A DNA stretch of 61,019 bases, filler included. It is 4 parts of 4 records of this genome, joined end to end, with 100 filler letters (N's around TTAATTAATTAA, not from the genome) between each part and the next. Parts side by side here need not be neighbours in the genome. Positions count along the whole stretch, not along the records: positions 37,789 to 61,019 come from SRR20825006_978; 3 more parts are not named here. One strand, written 5' to 3'. Under the pieces are notes generated by a model, which was given only the letters and a program-made list of their open reading frames with translations, did not search any database and was not told where the DNA came from. This document shows, piece by piece, positions 40,439-52,474 of this stretch; the stretch's first letter is position 1; each line of letters starts with the position of its first letter. Both the position numbers and the translations under genes were made by a program.

Positions 40439-41373
40439 CAAACAGTGCCTCCATCACCCTTGCGGCCAAGAATGGCAATTTCCCACACCAGCTCAACACC
40501 TGTCTTTTCCTTGACCTTGTCACGTACAGCCTCGCCCAGTGTCTCAATATCGCTCGCCGTAGCGCCACCATGGTTGATGAGAAAGTTGCAGTGTTTCTCT
40601 GAGATCTGCGCATCACCGATACGCATGCCACGGCATCCGGCATCGTCGATAAGCTGCCAGGCTTTTTTGCCCTCCGGGTTTTTAAAGGTGCTGCCGCCGG
40701 TACGAGTACCAATCGGCTGGCTCTCCTGCCGTTCGGCCGAAATTTCGTCCATCCGGGCTTTAATATCGTCTGCTTCACGGATTTTGGTATGGAAAGATGC
40801 CCGAAGGAAAATCAGCTCCTTCGGTGCTTTACTCTTACGATAACCATAGCCAAAATCGTCAACCCGCAACTCATGTACATGCCCATAACGGTCAACCGCA
40901 TGGGCATGAACAAGCACATCCTTGATTTCCCGGCCGTAAGCACCGGCATTCATACGAAGCGCACCACCAACCGTTCCCGGCACACCGACCATGAACTCGA
41001 GGCCACCCAAGCCCGCTTTCTGTGCAGCCCGCGCAACATGTACGTCCATGGCAGCGGCGCCTGCCTTCACGACATCAGCCCGTATCTCAATCTCTGAAAA
41101 GGCACGACCAAGTCGGATGACAACACCTTCAATGCCACCATCGCGAACAAGAAGGTTGGAACCCACACCGATAACCGTCAGCGGAATATCGCCGGGCACA
41201 TGGCGCAGGAAGTTTACCAGATCAGCTTCATCTGCGGGTTCGAACAAAACATCGGCCGGACCACCTGTCTTGAACCAACTGAGTCGCGCAAGCGGAGCAT
41301 CTTCAACAAGACGGCCCCTCACGTGCGGTAACCGGTCGATAAAAGCGTAATGTTTGGTCGCGACCATCATCAT
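40438..41373 (-). CDS. murB: UDP-N-acetylenolpyruvoylglucosamine reductase
   Basis: [36 protein letters not shown] and KHCNF motifs. Confidence 0.96.
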   Translation of the reverse strand: MMMVATKHYAFIDRLPHVRGRLVEDAPLARLSWFKTGGPADVLFEPADEADLVNFLRHVPGDIPLTVIGVGSNLLVRDGGIEGVVIRLGRAFSEIEIRADVVKAGAAAMDVHVARAAQKAGLGGLEFMVGVPGTVGGALRMNAGAYGREIKDVLVHAHAVDRYGHVHELRVDDFGYGYRKSKAPKELIFLRASFHTKIREADDIKARMDEISAERQESQPIGTRTGGSTFKNPEGKKAWQLIDDAGCRGMRIGDAQISEKHCNFLINHGGATASDIETLGEAVRDKVKEKTGVELVWEIAILGRKGDGGTV

Positions 41374-42785
41374 TGTTCACTCTCCAACGTCTCAAGCTCT
41401 GCGGGCAGGTCATTAGCCCATTTGCTTATTGAGCCGGCGCCGAGACAAACGACAACGTCGCCTGCCTCGGCATACCGGTGAACGGCCTCTGCGAGGTCCG
41501 TCTCGCCATAGATTACGTCAACCTGTCTGTGGCCATGAGCCTTAAGCCCAGCCACCAGGCTATCTCTGTCCGCGCCCTCGATAGGCTTTTCACCTGCTTC
41601 ATATACAGGCGCCACAATCACCGTATCGGCGTCGTTGAAGCAAGTGCAGAATTCCTCAAATAGGCTTTTGAGCCTCGTGTAGCGGTGCGGCTGCACGACA
41701 GCGATCACGCGGCGGTCAAAGCTCTCCCGTGCAGCTTTCAATACGGCCGCGATCTCCACAGGGTGATGGCCATAATCGTCAATGATCGTCACACCACCAA
41801 CCTCACCAGTTTTCGTGAAGCGACGCTTCACACCGCCAAAGCCTGCAAACGCCGCCTTGAGCGTTGCATCGTCCACATTCATCTCTAGGCCAACAGCAAT
41901 TGCCGCAAGCGCGTTCTGTACGTTGTGCATACCTGGCATCGGCAGGCTAACCGCCTCGATAGCGCGGTCTTCGCCTGCGATGCGCGCGCGCACCACAACA
42001 TCAAATGTAACCGTGCCGTGTTTCGAGCGCATATTCACCGCCCGCACATCTGCCTGGGCTGACATCCCGTAAGTGATAAATTTGCGGCCCCGCACATGGG
42101 TGATAAGCCCCTGCACTTCCGGGTGGTCAATGCACAGGATCGCGGCACCATAAAATGGAATGCGGTCGAGAAATGCCTTGAAAGCTTCCTTCTCGGCCTC
42201 AAACGTGCCGTAGAAATCGAGATGCTCGGCATCCATATTGGTCACCACAGCGATGGTTGCGGGAAGCTTGACAAAAGTGCCGTCACTTTCGTCCGCCTCG
42301 ACCACCATCCAGTCACCTTCACCAAGGCGGGCGTTGGTGCCATAGCTATTAATGATGCCGCCGTTGATAACTGTGGGGTCAATATGGGCAGCCTCAAGAA
42401 CTGCGGCCACCATGGAGGTGGTTGTGGTTTTACCGTGGGTGCCTGCAACTGAAACACACCATTTGAGGCGCATCAGTTCGGCCAGCATTTCCGCACGGCG
42501 CACAACGGGAATAACCTTTTCACGAGCCGCCATAACCTCAGGGTTGTCAGCCCGGATCGCGGACGACACAACAATAACCTGACTATCCCCAAGGTTTTCA
42601 GCGCACTGGCCGATTTTAACCTCGATCCCCATCGCCTGCAGGCGTTTTACGTTAGCGTTTTCGCTGATGTCGGAACCCTGTACACTATAGCCTAGGTTAT
42701 GCATCACCTCAGCAATGCCCGACATGCCAATACCGCCAATGCCGACAAAATGAACCGTACCTATGTCAAACGGGATACCTTTCAT
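41370..42785 (-). CDS. murC: UDP-N-acetylmuramate--L-alanine ligase
   Basis: [31 protein letters not shown] and QPHRYTR motifs. Confidence 0.97.
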   Translation of the reverse strand: MKGIPFDIGTVHFVGIGGIGMSGIAEVMHNLGYSVQGSDISENANVKRLQAMGIEVKIGQCAENLGDSQVIVVSSAIRADNPEVMAAREKVIPVVRRAEMLAELMRLKWCVSVAGTHGKTTTTSMVAAVLEAAHIDPTVINGGIINSYGTNARLGEGDWMVVEADESDGTFVKLPATIAVVTNMDAEHLDFYGTFEAEKEAFKAFLDRIPFYGAAILCIDHPEVQGLITHVRGRKFITYGMSAQADVRAVNMRSKHGTVTFDVVVRARIAGEDRAIEAVSLPMPGMHNVQNALAAIAVGLEMNVDDATLKAAFAGFGGVKRRFTKTGEVGGVTIIDDYGHHPVEIAAVLKAARESFDRRVIAVVQPHRYTRLKSLFEEFCTCFNDADTVIVAPVYEAGEKPIEGADRDSLVAGLKAHGHRQVDVIYGETDLAEAVHRYAEAGDVVVCLGAGSISKWANDLPAELETLESEQ

Positions 42786-43891
42786 GGGGCCGTTCTTTCC
42801 TCTTTCACTATACTCGTTACAATATCTGCAAGCCGCTCTGCAGCATCAAGGCATGCGATCTCCCGCATACCGTCTGACGCGTTCCTAAGTGCCGATGGAT
42901 CGGCCAGCAGGAAGCCTAATTTTTCTGTGAGCGCCTCTGGTGTAAACTCATGCTCTTTCATCACCCAACCACCACCGGCATCCTCGATCACCGACGCGTT
43001 CACGCTTTGGTGGTCGTCAGCCGCGATCGCAAGGGGGACCAGAATAGCAGGACGCCCCATGGCACAAAGCTCTGCGATAGTCGACGCGCCGGAGCGGCTG
43101 ATCACCAGCTGTGTACGCAGCAACAGTGACCCGACATCATCAAAATAGGATTGTACCCGGTGCTTCACGCCCGCGTCCGTATAGGCTGCAACCACGCGCT
43201 CTACATCTTCTTCCCGCGCTTGATGTGTGATTTCAAGCCGGGACTTCATATCGTCTGATAAGGCCGCCACAGCCGCAGGCACCACATCTGAAAGGATACG
43301 CGCGCCCTGGCTTCCTCCAATCACCAAAAGGCGGATGTCACCAAACCCGAAGGGCACGGCATAGGCAATGTTGGAGAGTTTTGAGATCAAGTGCCGCACA
43401 GGGTTGCCCGTTACCTCAGTATAGGCGCCTTTGGGAACACGCTGGCTATTCTCAAGCGACAGTGCCACCACGCGGGCATCTTCTGCCATAAAACGATTAA
43501 CACGGCCCAGCACCGCGTTCTGTTCATGCAAAACGTATGGAATTCCTTTGAGGCGCGCAGCAATAACCGCTGGCATTGAAGGATAACCACCGAAGCCAAC
43601 CACCACGTCAGGACGACGTTTTGAGAAATGACCCCGCACCTGAATCGTACTTTTGATAATGCTAAGAGCAGCGCGAACTTTGCCAATTAAACCACCGGCC
43701 ATATGACTGCTGGTTTGAAGCACTAATCGGTTCGCGTCGGCCATCGCGTTCTTGATTGCATCGCCGCGCGTATCGGTAATCAGGAAAACCTCGCACCCCT
43801 GACTCGTCAGCACGTCAGCGACAGCCTCGGCTGGCATCATATGCCCCCCGGTGCCGCCCGCGGCCAAAACGATATAGGGTGCCTCTGTCAC
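42782..43891 (-). CDS. murG: Undecaprenyl-PP-MurNAc-pentapeptide GlcNAc transferase
   Basis: GGTGGH, GFGGY, HEQN, GGSQGA, RSGAST and DDHQ motifs. GTG start overlaps the ftsW stop. Confidence 0.95.
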   Translation of the reverse strand: MTEAPYIVLAAGGTGGHMMPAEAVADVLTSQGCEVFLITDTRGDAIKNAMADANRLVLQTSSHMAGGLIGKVRAALSIIKSTIQVRGHFSKRRPDVVVGFGGYPSMPAVIAARLKGIPYVLHEQNAVLGRVNRFMAEDARVVALSLENSQRVPKGAYTEVTGNPVRHLISKLSNIAYAVPFGFGDIRLLVIGGSQGARILSDVVPAAVAALSDDMKSRLEITHQAREEDVERVVAAYTDAGVKHRVQSYFDDVGSLLLRTQLVISRSGASTIAELCAMGRPAILVPLAIAADDHQSVNASVIEDAGGGWVMKEHEFTPEALTEKLGFLLADPSALRNASDGMREIACLDAAERLADIVTSIVKEERTAP

Positions 43892-45039
43892 TCTGCGGCC
43901 CTCCAGCCCAACGGATCGGTGCCGGGCCTGATAAAACGGTTCCTTCTGGTCAACGCAAGCACCATGCCAGTACCGATTGCCAACGCAAGCATGGACGACC
44001 CACCGTAAGAGATAAACGGCAATGTCATGCCCTTTGAAGGCAAGATAGCCAAATTCACACCGATATTGATCAACGCCTGCATGCCGAATTGCATGATGAG
44101 GCCAGCAGCCGCGAGCAACCGGAAGGGATTTTCTTCCTCCAGAAGATGTGCGAGGCCCCGCACCACAAGGCCAGCGAACAGAATAAGCAGCATAACACAA
44201 GCGATGGCGCCGAACTCTTCACCAACCACAGCGAAGATATAATCCGTGTGCGCGTCAGGCAGGTGTAACTTTACAGCGCCTTCTCCTGGTCCTTTACCCA
44301 ACATTCCGCCAGATTCGAACGCCTGCATGGCCTTGTCTGTCTGATAAGTATCCCCGCTTTCGGGAGATATAAACCTGTCTATCCGGCTAGCTACGTGGGG
44401 CAGTAACGCGTAACCAAGGCCAAGCCCCAGAAGTCCAACCACACCAGCGAGCGTGAGCCACATTAGCGGCAGGCCCGCAAGCGCCATTTGCGCCATCCAT
44501 ACGCTACTGACCAGAATGGTCTGACCAAAGTCGGGCTGCAAAACGAGCAACATCACAACAAGAAGATAAAGCCCGAAGGCAACCCTTTTTGCAGGCACTT
44601 TTTCGTCGGTGAAGTGCGAGGACAAAACCCATGCGGTCGTGACAATAAAAAAGGGCTTCATGAACTCGCTAGGTTGAAGCGTGAAGCTGCCGATCTGCAG
44701 CCAACGTGTCGCACCCTTGATTTCGGGGCCAACCAGCAGCGCCAGCAGCATCAGCAAAATCATCGCGGGAAAGCCAAGAATAGCCATCCGCCTCACCATC
44801 GTGGTGGACATCATGGAAATACCCAACACCGTCACAAGTGCCACGCACAGGAAGAAGGCTTGCCGCTTTACGAAATGCAACGCATCAAGGCCAAGCCGTT
44901 CAGCAACTGCGGGGCTTGCGGTAAGGGTCAGCCAAATACCTACAGTGATCAGAACGAGGATAAGAGCCAGCATCCACCGATCAACTGTCCACCACCAGCG
45001 GGAAAGCACGGAATTATCAGTACGGGAAAACGCGATCAT
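43888..45039 (-). CDS. ftsW: SEDS peptidoglycan polymerase FtsW
   Basis: GATRW, QPSEFMKP, QPDFG, LPDAHTD and KGMTLPFISYGGSS motifs. Confidence 0.96.
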   Translation of the reverse strand: MIAFSRTDNSVLSRWWWTVDRWMLALILVLITVGIWLTLTASPAVAERLGLDALHFVKRQAFFLCVALVTVLGISMMSTTMVRRMAILGFPAMILLMLLALLVGPEIKGATRWLQIGSFTLQPSEFMKPFFIVTTAWVLSSHFTDEKVPAKRVAFGLYLLVVMLLVLQPDFGQTILVSSVWMAQMALAGLPLMWLTLAGVVGLLGLGLGYALLPHVASRIDRFISPESGDTYQTDKAMQAFESGGMLGKGPGEGAVKLHLPDAHTDYIFAVVGEEFGAIACVMLLILFAGLVVRGLAHLLEEENPFRLLAAAGLIMQFGMQALINIGVNLAILPSKGMTLPFISYGGSSMLALAIGTGMVLALTRRNRFIRPGTDPLGWRAAE

Positions 45040-46400
45040 GAGCGTTCTCCTGTCCGCGCAAGCACAAGGGAACGGAATACATCGCCTCGATTTTCAAAAT
45101 CCCGAAACTGGTCAAACGCCGTGCAAGCCGGTGACAGCAATATAACATCGCCTTCAACCGCGTTAGCCCGAGCACACTCGATAGCGTGTTCAAGATCACG
45201 GCAATCGGCAACGTCTACATCACCGCCAACGTCATGCGCGATGGCATCAGCCGCTTCACCAATCAGGTAGGCATGCTTCACTGTACCCATGAGGGCCGCA
45301 AGCGCCGTGAAATTCTTTTCTTTCGGCCTGCCGCCCGCAATCCAGTGAATATTCTCAAATGCCCTGAGGGCGCGCGAGGCGGCGTCAACGTTGGTAGCCT
45401 TGCTGTCGTTCACATACCGAATGCCGTCGATGGTGGCGACGGTTTCCTGCCTGTGCGCCAAGCCGGGGAAAGAGCCGAATGCAGAAATAATATCCTCAAA
45501 CTTGAACCCAAGGCTACGGCCTGCGGCATAGGCGGCGGCTGCATTTTGCCAGTTGTGGCTGCCCAGCAGCATGGGGGCACATTCCCGCAGATCTGCGCAA
45601 ACGACAGCTTCACCGTCCATATCGTCGGTCAGCATTCCGTCCAAAACATATACACCGCCCGCGACTGCCGTTTCGACGGAGATTGGCACCACATGCCCCG
45701 CATAAGTAGTCGCCATCGCAGCACCATGGCTGTCATCAACACTGATCACGGCCACACCGTCAGGCCCTTGTTGTTCAAACAGCCGCTGTTTGGCTGCCAC
45801 ATATCCATCAAGATCACCGTGCCGATCCAGATGGTCCGGTGTGATATTCAGTAGAATTCCGATATCAGCCTTAAAGCTTTGTGTGAGGTCCAACTGGAAC
45901 GATGACATCTCAAGTACATAAACGCCGCCCTCGGGTAGCAGATCAAGCGACAAGATACCTTTGCCTATGTTGCCGCCAATTGCGGCTGGCAAACCACACT
46001 CGTCCACAACATGGCCAATAAGGGCTGTGGTGGTAGATTTCCCGTTCGTGCCGGTGATGGCCACAACCTTATGGGGGGCCATATCCGTGCGCGCTTTCTC
46101 AAAAAAATCAAAGTCGCTAATGAGCGGTGTGCCAGCCTCGCGACACCGAACCACAATGGCGTGAGGCGCAGGGAAATTAAGCGGAACACCAGGTGCCAGC
46201 ATCACCGCATCAAGGCTATGCATATCAGCTTCATAGAGGTCATGTGAGTATGCACCAACCGCCGCCCGGCGCTCCGGCACATCGTCCCACGCGAGAACGT
46301 CAGCGCCAGATGCTTCAAGCGCCTGTACGGCCGCCACGCCAGTACGCGCAAGACCAAAAACTCCGACCTTCTTACCTTTATATGCTGATGCGGTGATCAA
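45036..46400 (-). CDS. murD: UDP-N-acetylmuramoyl-L-alanine--D-glutamate ligase
   Basis: TGTNGKSTTT, EMSSFQL, PDHLDRH, NDSKATN and LSPAC motifs. Confidence 0.96.
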   Translation of the reverse strand: MITASAYKGKKVGVFGLARTGVAAVQALEASGADVLAWDDVPERRAAVGAYSHDLYEADMHSLDAVMLAPGVPLNFPAPHAIVVRCREAGTPLISDFDFFEKARTDMAPHKVVAITGTNGKSTTTALIGHVVDECGLPAAIGGNIGKGILSLDLLPEGGVYVLEMSSFQLDLTQSFKADIGILLNITPDHLDRHGDLDGYVAAKQRLFEQQGPDGVAVISVDDSHGAAMATTYAGHVVPISVETAVAGGVYVLDGMLTDDMDGEAVVCADLRECAPMLLGSHNWQNAAAAYAAGRSLGFKFEDIISAFGSFPGLAHRQETVATIDGIRYVNDSKATNVDAASRALRAFENIHWIAGGRPKEKNFTALAALMGTVKHAYLIGEAADAIAHDVGGDVDVADCRDLEHAIECARANAVEGDVILLSPACTAFDQFRDFENRGDVFRSLVLARTGERS

Positions 46401-46406
46401 CGCTTT

Positions 46407-47483
46407 CTACCTCAACTTCAATGTAGCCAAGCCCACAAGGGCCAGAATGACTGCAATGATCCAGAAACGGATCACGATGGTGGGCTCAGCCCAGCCTTTT
46501 TGCTCATAGTGATGGTGAAGTGGTGCCATGCGGAAAACCCGCTTGCCTGTCAGCTTGAAGGACAGCACCTGCACGATCACCGAAATTGTCTCGAGCCAGA
46601 AAAGGCCACCAATAATACCAAGGGCAATCTCATGTTTGGTTACAATCGCCATGGTGCCAAGTGCCCCGCCGAGTGCGAGCGAGCCGGTATCACCCATGAA
46701 CACCATTGCGGGCGGCGCATTGAACCAGAGGAAGCCCAGCCCTGCGCCAATCATGGCACCGGCAAGTACCGCAAGCTCACCTGACCCAGCGACATACGTC
46801 ACACCAAGGTAGGAGCTATAAACCGAACTACCCACGAGGTAGGCGATAAAGCCAAACGCGCCCGCCGCAATAATCACGGGCACCGTTGCCAGACCATCGA
46901 GACCATCTGTCAGGTTCACCGCATTACCAGCCCAAACAACCACCAACATGGCAAAGGGGATGTAGAGAAAGCCCAGCTCAACAAGCAGGTTTTTCGCAAA
47001 CGGCAGAGCCAACGTCGTGCCATTGAGGTCTGAAACCAGCCAAGCGGCAAAACCGGCAATCGCGAACTCAAGTAGCAGGCGAATTTTGCCAGACACACCG
47101 TCAGACGTACGTTTGGTTACCTTGAGGTAATCATCAACAAAACCGATAGCGCCAAAACCAAGCGTCACGATCATCACAGCCCAGATATAAACGTTTGAGA
47201 GATCCGCCCACAAGAAAGTGGAAACCCCAAGCCCCAGCAAGATCATGAAACCACCCATAGTGGGTGTACCCGCTTTGCTTACGATGTGGCTTTGCGGTCC
47301 GTCCTCGCGAATTGGCTGACCCATTTTCTGTTTGGCCTTCAACCACCGAATGATCATCGGCCCGAAAATGAAGCAGATAATGAGTGAGGTAAGCACAGCG
47401 CCGCCGGTGCGAAACGTAAGATATTTAAACAGGTTAAAGATGCCATATTGGTCTGCAAGTGGCGCCAAAAGATTATAAAGCAT
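46407..47483 (-). CDS. mraY: Phospho-N-acetylmuramoyl-pentapeptide transferase
   Basis: [27 protein letters not shown] and APLHHH motifs. Confidence 0.97.
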   Translation of the reverse strand: MLYNLLAPLADQYGIFNLFKYLTFRTGGAVLTSLIICFIFGPMIIRWLKAKQKMGQPIREDGPQSHIVSKAGTPTMGGFMILLGLGVSTFLWADLSNVYIWAVMIVTLGFGAIGFVDDYLKVTKRTSDGVSGKIRLLLEFAIAGFAAWLVSDLNGTTLALPFAKNLLVELGFLYIPFAMLVVVWAGNAVNLTDGLDGLATVPVIIAAGAFGFIAYLVGSSVYSSYLGVTYVAGSGELAVLAGAMIGAGLGFLWFNAPPAMVFMGDTGSLALGGALGTMAIVTKHEIALGIIGGLFWLETISVIVQVLSFKLTGKRVFRMAPLHHHYEQKGWAEPTIVIRFWIIAVILALVGLATLKLR

Positions 47484-48921
47484 AGCTTACTCCCAACTTG
47501 TTATTGGCGTCCTCAGCCCGTTCGGCCGCATTAACCCTTAATAATCCACGCACAATGTCGCCCAAGCCTGCACTGTTCGCCCCTTTGACGATAACCGCGT
47601 CACCGTCACGCAAGGTTTCCGCGAGCCTAAGGGCACTATCGTCGTCTTTATGCCAACGTTCAGTGCTGATGCCAGCGACCTTACCCACCTCATTCATCTG
47701 CGGACCAAAAGCGATAACCTTATCCACACCAAATCTCTTCAAATCATCGGCGAGTTTCATGTGCAATTCATTGCTGCGCGCGCCAAGTTCCCGCATGTCC
47801 GCCAGAACCGCGATACGCCTGCCGAACTTCTTTGTCGGCGTTAACGATAACCGGCGGAGGGCAGCCTTCAGGCTCAATGGGTTAGCATTATAGCTATCAT
47901 CGATCAGAGTTACTGTTGCGTGTGGTAAAGTAAGCAGGTGCTGCCTGCCACGACCGGGTTCCGCCTCAAGCTTCGCGAGGGCGAGCGCCGCATGCCCAAG
48001 GTCACCTTCTACAGCTTTCACTGCAGCAAGTACCAGAAGACTGTTGAGCACCCATTCGCGCCCAGGCTGACCGATCTTGTATGTGATAGTCGTGCCCGCG
48101 ACATCTGCTGTGAGGCAGGTGCAATTGCCGTGCTCAGTAATACGGAGCGGACGCACATCGGCCTCCCCTGTCACCGACACGGTTAAACGCTCATGCCCGG
48201 ATGCCTTAACTGCATCCATAAGGTTACCCGCCCATTCATGGTCAACCCCGAAGATAGCAACACCGTCAGGCTTAAGGCCTTCAAATATCTCTGATTTTGC
48301 CTTTGCAATTTCAAAAATTCTACCAAACCGGCCCGCGTGCGCCGCCCCAACTGCCGTCACCACTGCTACATCAGGCTTTACAAGCATGGCGCCGCCCCTG
48401 ACCTCGCCCGGCCCACTCATGCCAATCTCAAACACACCGAAACGAGCCTGACGCGGCATCCGCGCGAGCGATAGCGGCACACCTACATGGTTATTGAAAC
48501 TTTTGATGCTGGCGTGAGTTGCGTCCGTGCGCTCAAGTGCCTGACGAAGTGCCTGCACAACGCTTGTTTTACCAGCGCTGCCTGTCACCGCGATTGTTTT
48601 TACGGGTGCGCGCACACGCGCTTGCGCTGCCATCAACCTCAAGGCCTGCATGGTATCTGGCACATGCACGAGCTTAAGCGCAGGAATGTCTTTGCCGGGC
48701 ACATCTTCGCTTACAATCGCAGCGACCGCGCCTTTTGAAAACGCTTCAGCCACATAGGCATGCCCATTTTTCTGTGTACCCGGAAGTGCAACAAACAAGT
48801 CACCTGGCAAAACTTCCCGGCTATCAATTTGAATGCCATCCGCATACCACGGCTGAGCACCTGCGCCGCCGCAGGTTGCTGTCAGTTCCGCCGATGTCCA
48901 TAACGGTTCTTTAAAATTCAC
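47473..48921 (-). CDS. murF: UDP-MurNAc-tripeptide--D-Ala-D-Ala ligase (somewhat divergent)
   Basis: [31 protein letters not shown] and DMRELG motifs; dcw position. Confidence 0.9.
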   Translation of the reverse strand: MNFKEPLWTSAELTATCGGAGAQPWYADGIQIDSREVLPGDLFVALPGTQKNGHAYVAEAFSKGAVAAIVSEDVPGKDIPALKLVHVPDTMQALRLMAAQARVRAPVKTIAVTGSAGKTSVVQALRQALERTDATHASIKSFNNHVGVPLSLARMPRQARFGVFEIGMSGPGEVRGGAMLVKPDVAVVTAVGAAHAGRFGRIFEIAKAKSEIFEGLKPDGVAIFGVDHEWAGNLMDAVKASGHERLTVSVTGEADVRPLRITEHGNCTCLTADVAGTTITYKIGQPGREWVLNSLLVLAAVKAVEGDLGHAALALAKLEAEPGRGRQHLLTLPHATVTLIDDSYNANPLSLKAALRRLSLTPTKKFGRRIAVLADMRELGARSNELHMKLADDLKRFGVDKVIAFGPQMNEVGKVAGISTERWHKDDDSALRLAETLRDGDAVIVKGANSAGLGDIVRGLLRVNAAERAEDANNKLGVSYAL

Positions 48922-50387
48922 GCCCCAGCCCCCGCTTGGCCCGCCGTATCGCCCAAAATTTCCCGAACTGTCCCGATGTCCGAGAATGGCACGACCGTGT
49001 CGCCAATAATTTGTCCCTCTTCATGCCCCTTGCCTGACACGATCAACATATCACCCGCCTCAAGCGCCACCATCGCAGCAAGAATTGCTGCATGACGATC
49101 CCCAACTTCTGTCGCACCGGGACAGGCTGTCATAATCTGGCGCCTGATCTCCGCTGCATCTTCACTGCGCGGATTGTCGTCGGTTACATACACATAATCT
49201 GCAAGATCATGGGCGATTTTTCCCATCAACGGGCGTTTGCCAGCGTCCCGGTCGCCACCACAGCCAAACACAACATGGAGTTTGTTTGGCTTATGGGCCC
49301 GTGCCGCATTCAACACCGTGCGCAAGCCGTCAGGCGTATGGGCATAATCGACAAAAACGCTGCCACCTTTGGCCACACTACCAACCAACTCCATCCGCCC
49401 TGGCACCCCCCGCAGGCCAGAAAGGGCCTCAAACACCTGCTCCGGTGCGCTGCCTGTGGCAATTACCAGCCCTGCTGCCATAAGTGCGTTGTAAGCTTGA
49501 AAGGTACCCACAAGTGGCAGATCAGCTTCAAACGCTGAGCCACAAAATTCCATCTGCAGTTTCTGGCCGTCAGGAGCAACCTCCTGAGACACCAGCCGAA
49601 GCATGGCATCTGCATTGCTGCCAACAGTCAGGAGCGATTGCCCACGCGCCCACGCGATATCTTCAAGAATACACCCCCAGGGGTCATCTGTATTGATAAC
49701 CGCTGTTCCTTGTGGCCCTAGAAGGTCACCAAACAGGCGCGCTTTGGCATAGAAGTAGCCTTGCTCGGTACGGTGATAATCCAGATGATCACGAGTGAGA
49801 TTGGTAAATGCCGCAGCCTGCAGGCGCATGCCGTCAAGCCTGTATTGATCAAGCCCATGGCTGGAAGCCTCCACGGCGACATGGTCAACACCTTTAATAG
49901 CAAGCATATTAAGTGCTTTATGAAGTGCGAGTGGGTCTGGCGTGGTCAGGCCGCCCGGCTCGGAATACCGCTCTGAGCGGACACCGAGCGTGCCCATACT
50001 TGCTGCGTGCACCCCAATTTTCTGCCAAAGCTGGCGGGCAAAATCAGCGACCGATGTTTTGCCATTTGTTCCGGTAACAGCAACCTGCACTTCGGGTTGA
50101 GCCCCACAAAAGCGCGCCGCCAGCTGCGCATATCGCCTACGCGGATTTACGTCACCAATAAACGGCACACCCACTTTCGCATCACTATACCCTTCCGTGG
50201 TGAGAACAGCGCATGCCCCTGCCTTGATGGCGTCAGCAATATAGGCACGGCCATCTTGCTTTGTGCCGGGCAGCGCCACAAAAAGGTCACCCTTCTTCAC
50301 GGCCCGGCTATCAACCGTCATGCCGGAGATAACAATATCTCCAGAGACGTTAGAACCACCCAGAAGCTGTGCAAGTGTGACCGTCAT
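48918..50387 (-). CDS. murE: UDP-MurNAc-dipeptide--meso-DAP ligase
   Basis: TGTNGKTS, EASSHGL, DYAHTPD, DNPR (meso-DAP type) and GKGHE motifs. Confidence 0.96.
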   Translation of the reverse strand: MTVTLAQLLGGSNVSGDIVISGMTVDSRAVKKGDLFVALPGTKQDGRAYIADAIKAGACAVLTTEGYSDAKVGVPFIGDVNPRRRYAQLAARFCGAQPEVQVAVTGTNGKTSVADFARQLWQKIGVHAASMGTLGVRSERYSEPGGLTTPDPLALHKALNMLAIKGVDHVAVEASSHGLDQYRLDGMRLQAAAFTNLTRDHLDYHRTEQGYFYAKARLFGDLLGPQGTAVINTDDPWGCILEDIAWARGQSLLTVGSNADAMLRLVSQEVAPDGQKLQMEFCGSAFEADLPLVGTFQAYNALMAAGLVIATGSAPEQVFEALSGLRGVPGRMELVGSVAKGGSVFVDYAHTPDGLRTVLNAARAHKPNKLHVVFGCGGDRDAGKRPLMGKIAHDLADYVYVTDDNPRSEDAAEIRRQIMTACPGATEVGDRHAAILAAMVALEAGDMLIVSGKGHEEGQIIGDTVVPFSDIGTVREILGDTAGQAGAGA

Positions 50388-50405
50388 TTGCGGTAACTCT
50401 ATCCC

Positions 50406-52088
50406 TTACTTCTCAATCATCATGGCGACGTTCTGATACAGACCGTCGTCTTCTCGTTTTGGCGCCACACCCAATAGGGGTGCAGTGCGCAGAATTACAT
50501 TCTTCACCACAGGCGCTGCGACCCAGCCTCCTGCGCGGAAACCAAAGGTTTCTTTGGTACCACGCGGCTCATCCAGCAGCGCAAAAACCACATAACGTGG
50601 GTCATCCATTGGATAAATACCCACAAAAGAGGAAATCAGCGCGCGTGTGTCATACCCGCCTGCGACAGCCTTTTCGGCTGTGCCCGTTTTGCCGCCAACG
50701 CGATACCCGACCGCATCAGCGCGCCCACCAGTACCTTTGGTGACGGCCAGGCGTAGCAATTGACGGATTTTGCGGCTCGTAGCCGCTGAGATAACCTGCT
50801 TACCATTAGTCCAAGCCTCAGGATTATCAACAAGTGTGGCGGCATTAAGTCGCCCACCATTGACCATCGCTGATATTCCGCTCGCAAGTTGCAGCGGGCT
50901 CACTGCAATGCCATGACCATAAGAAATTGTCATGGTTGAAACCTTGCGCCAAGTATCTGGGAACAGGGGCGACCCAACTTCCGGAAGCTCAATGGTTGCT
51001 GGCTGCAACAGCCCGATTTCTGACAGGAACACCTGCTGCTTGTCGGAGCCGAGATCAAGTGCCATTTGTGCGGTGCCGATATTGCTGGAATAGGCAAAAA
51101 TCTCAGGTAGCGTCAGGTAGCGCGATTTCGGGTGATCGTCGCTAATGGTGAACCGTGCGATGCGAAGGGGCTTGGTTGCATCGTAACCGTCCTCAAGCGA
51201 CGCCACACCTTGATCAAGCGCTGCCGCAAACGTGAAGGTCTTGAAGGTGGAGCCAAGCTCATACACACCCTGGGTTACCCGGTTGAAGCGCTCTTGCCCC
51301 GCACTACCACGGACACTATTAGGGTCAAAGTCCGGCAACGACACCATGGCCACAACTTCACCAGTTGCCACATCCATCACAAGGCCTGCCGCACCCAGCG
51401 CCTGATGCGCGCTCATCGCTGCTTCAAGCTCGTCGGTCAGCGCATACTGCACGCGAGTATCAAGCGCCAGCTTGATGGGCTGATCAGTCATTGTTCTGTC
51501 AGCGAGGCGATCATCAAAGTACCGCTCAACACCACCAAGGCCTTTGCCGTCAACATCCACAAAACCAAGCGCGTGAGCTGCAAGGCGCCCGTGGGGGTAT
51601 ACCCGCTCCTCTTCAGCTTGGAACTGGAACGCAGGGATACCAAGTGCGTTAACCTGCCATTTTTCGCGCGGCGAAAGCTTGCGCTTCAGCCATACAAACC
51701 GACGTCCCGAGCTGAGCTTTTCCTCAACGTCAGCGAGCGAAAGGTCGGGCAACACGGATACAAGCTTCATGGCAGCTTCATGCGCATCCTTGATATCCTG
51801 CGGATTAGCATAAAGCGATGCGCTCTGAAGGTTTGTCGCCAGCACCTCACCGTTCCGATCAAGGATATCAGCGCGCGCAATCGTCACCGGTGGCACCACG
51901 ATATGCCGCGCCGCAACCTGTGTCTGCTCCGGCGTTGAAAGGCCCAGCTCAACGGTACGAATCATCATCACCACAAAAGCGGCAAAAAACAGCAAAACCG
52001 CAACCATCAATCGGTTGCGGGCTACTTCAAGCGCACTCTTATGCCGCCCTTCCATGGACAGCCCTGCGTATGTTGATGCCGTTCTCAC
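50406..52088 (-). CDS. ftsI: Class B penicillin-binding protein FtsI/PBP3
   Basis: RADILDRNG, STFK, SSN and KTGTA motifs. Confidence 0.94.
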   Translation of the reverse strand: MRTASTYAGLSMEGRHKSALEVARNRLMVAVLLFFAAFVVMMIRTVELGLSTPEQTQVAARHIVVPPVTIARADILDRNGEVLATNLQSASLYANPQDIKDAHEAAMKLVSVLPDLSLADVEEKLSSGRRFVWLKRKLSPREKWQVNALGIPAFQFQAEEERVYPHGRLAAHALGFVDVDGKGLGGVERYFDDRLADRTMTDQPIKLALDTRVQYALTDELEAAMSAHQALGAAGLVMDVATGEVVAMVSLPDFDPNSVRGSAGQERFNRVTQGVYELGSTFKTFTFAAALDQGVASLEDGYDATKPLRIARFTISDDHPKSRYLTLPEIFAYSSNIGTAQMALDLGSDKQQVFLSEIGLLQPATIELPEVGSPLFPDTWRKVSTMTISYGHGIAVSPLQLASGISAMVNGGRLNAATLVDNPEAWTNGKQVISAATSRKIRQLLRLAVTKGTGGRADAVGYRVGGKTGTAEKAVAGGYDTRALISSFVGIYPMDDPRYVVFALLDEPRGTKETFGFRAGGWVAAPVVKNVILRTAPLLGVAPKREDDGLYQNVAMMIEK

Positions 52089-52474
52089 AGCGTGGGTCCT
52101 TTCTCTTTATCCGGCTTGTTCGGTTGATCTGTCGATTTGCCCCTAGCGGCTGTTGGCAGAAGCACACCGGGGTCCTCCTCCGCTTCAACGCCGCGCGGGC
52201 GGAACGGAATACGGTCAGGCTCACTGAGTATTTGTTCTGCCGCCGGCGGCATCAGCGCGAGAAAGCGGATAGATTTCTCCTGCAACGCCCGCGGCGTGGT
52301 GAGATACGCCCACTCGGCTTCCAGCACACGGATCGCTTCCCGATCTTCGTGGATCTGGTTCGCGAGCGCCTTGACCTCATCTGCCTTTTCCTGCACAGCG
52401 AGCTTGAGCTGCAACACAGCAGCGCCTGCAAAAAGTGCGGTTACCGCTGCGAGGATAGTGAAAAGCCGCCGCAT
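52085..52474 (-). CDS. ftsL: Cell division protein FtsL
   Basis: TM helix plus coiled coil with LEAEWAYL..P, between rsmH and ftsI. Confidence 0.8.
   Translation of the reverse strand: MRRLFTILAAVTALFAGAAVLQLKLAVQEKADEVKALANQIHEDREAIRVLEAEWAYLTTPRALQEKSIRFLALMPPAAEQILSEPDRIPFRPRGVEAEEDPGVLLPTAARGKSTDQPNKPDKEKGPTL

Noticed and set aside
43892-44200. Long N-terminal extension of MurG in the ORF track
   Set aside because: It overlaps ftsW out of frame. GTG 43891 gives a normal MurG coupled to the ftsW stop.
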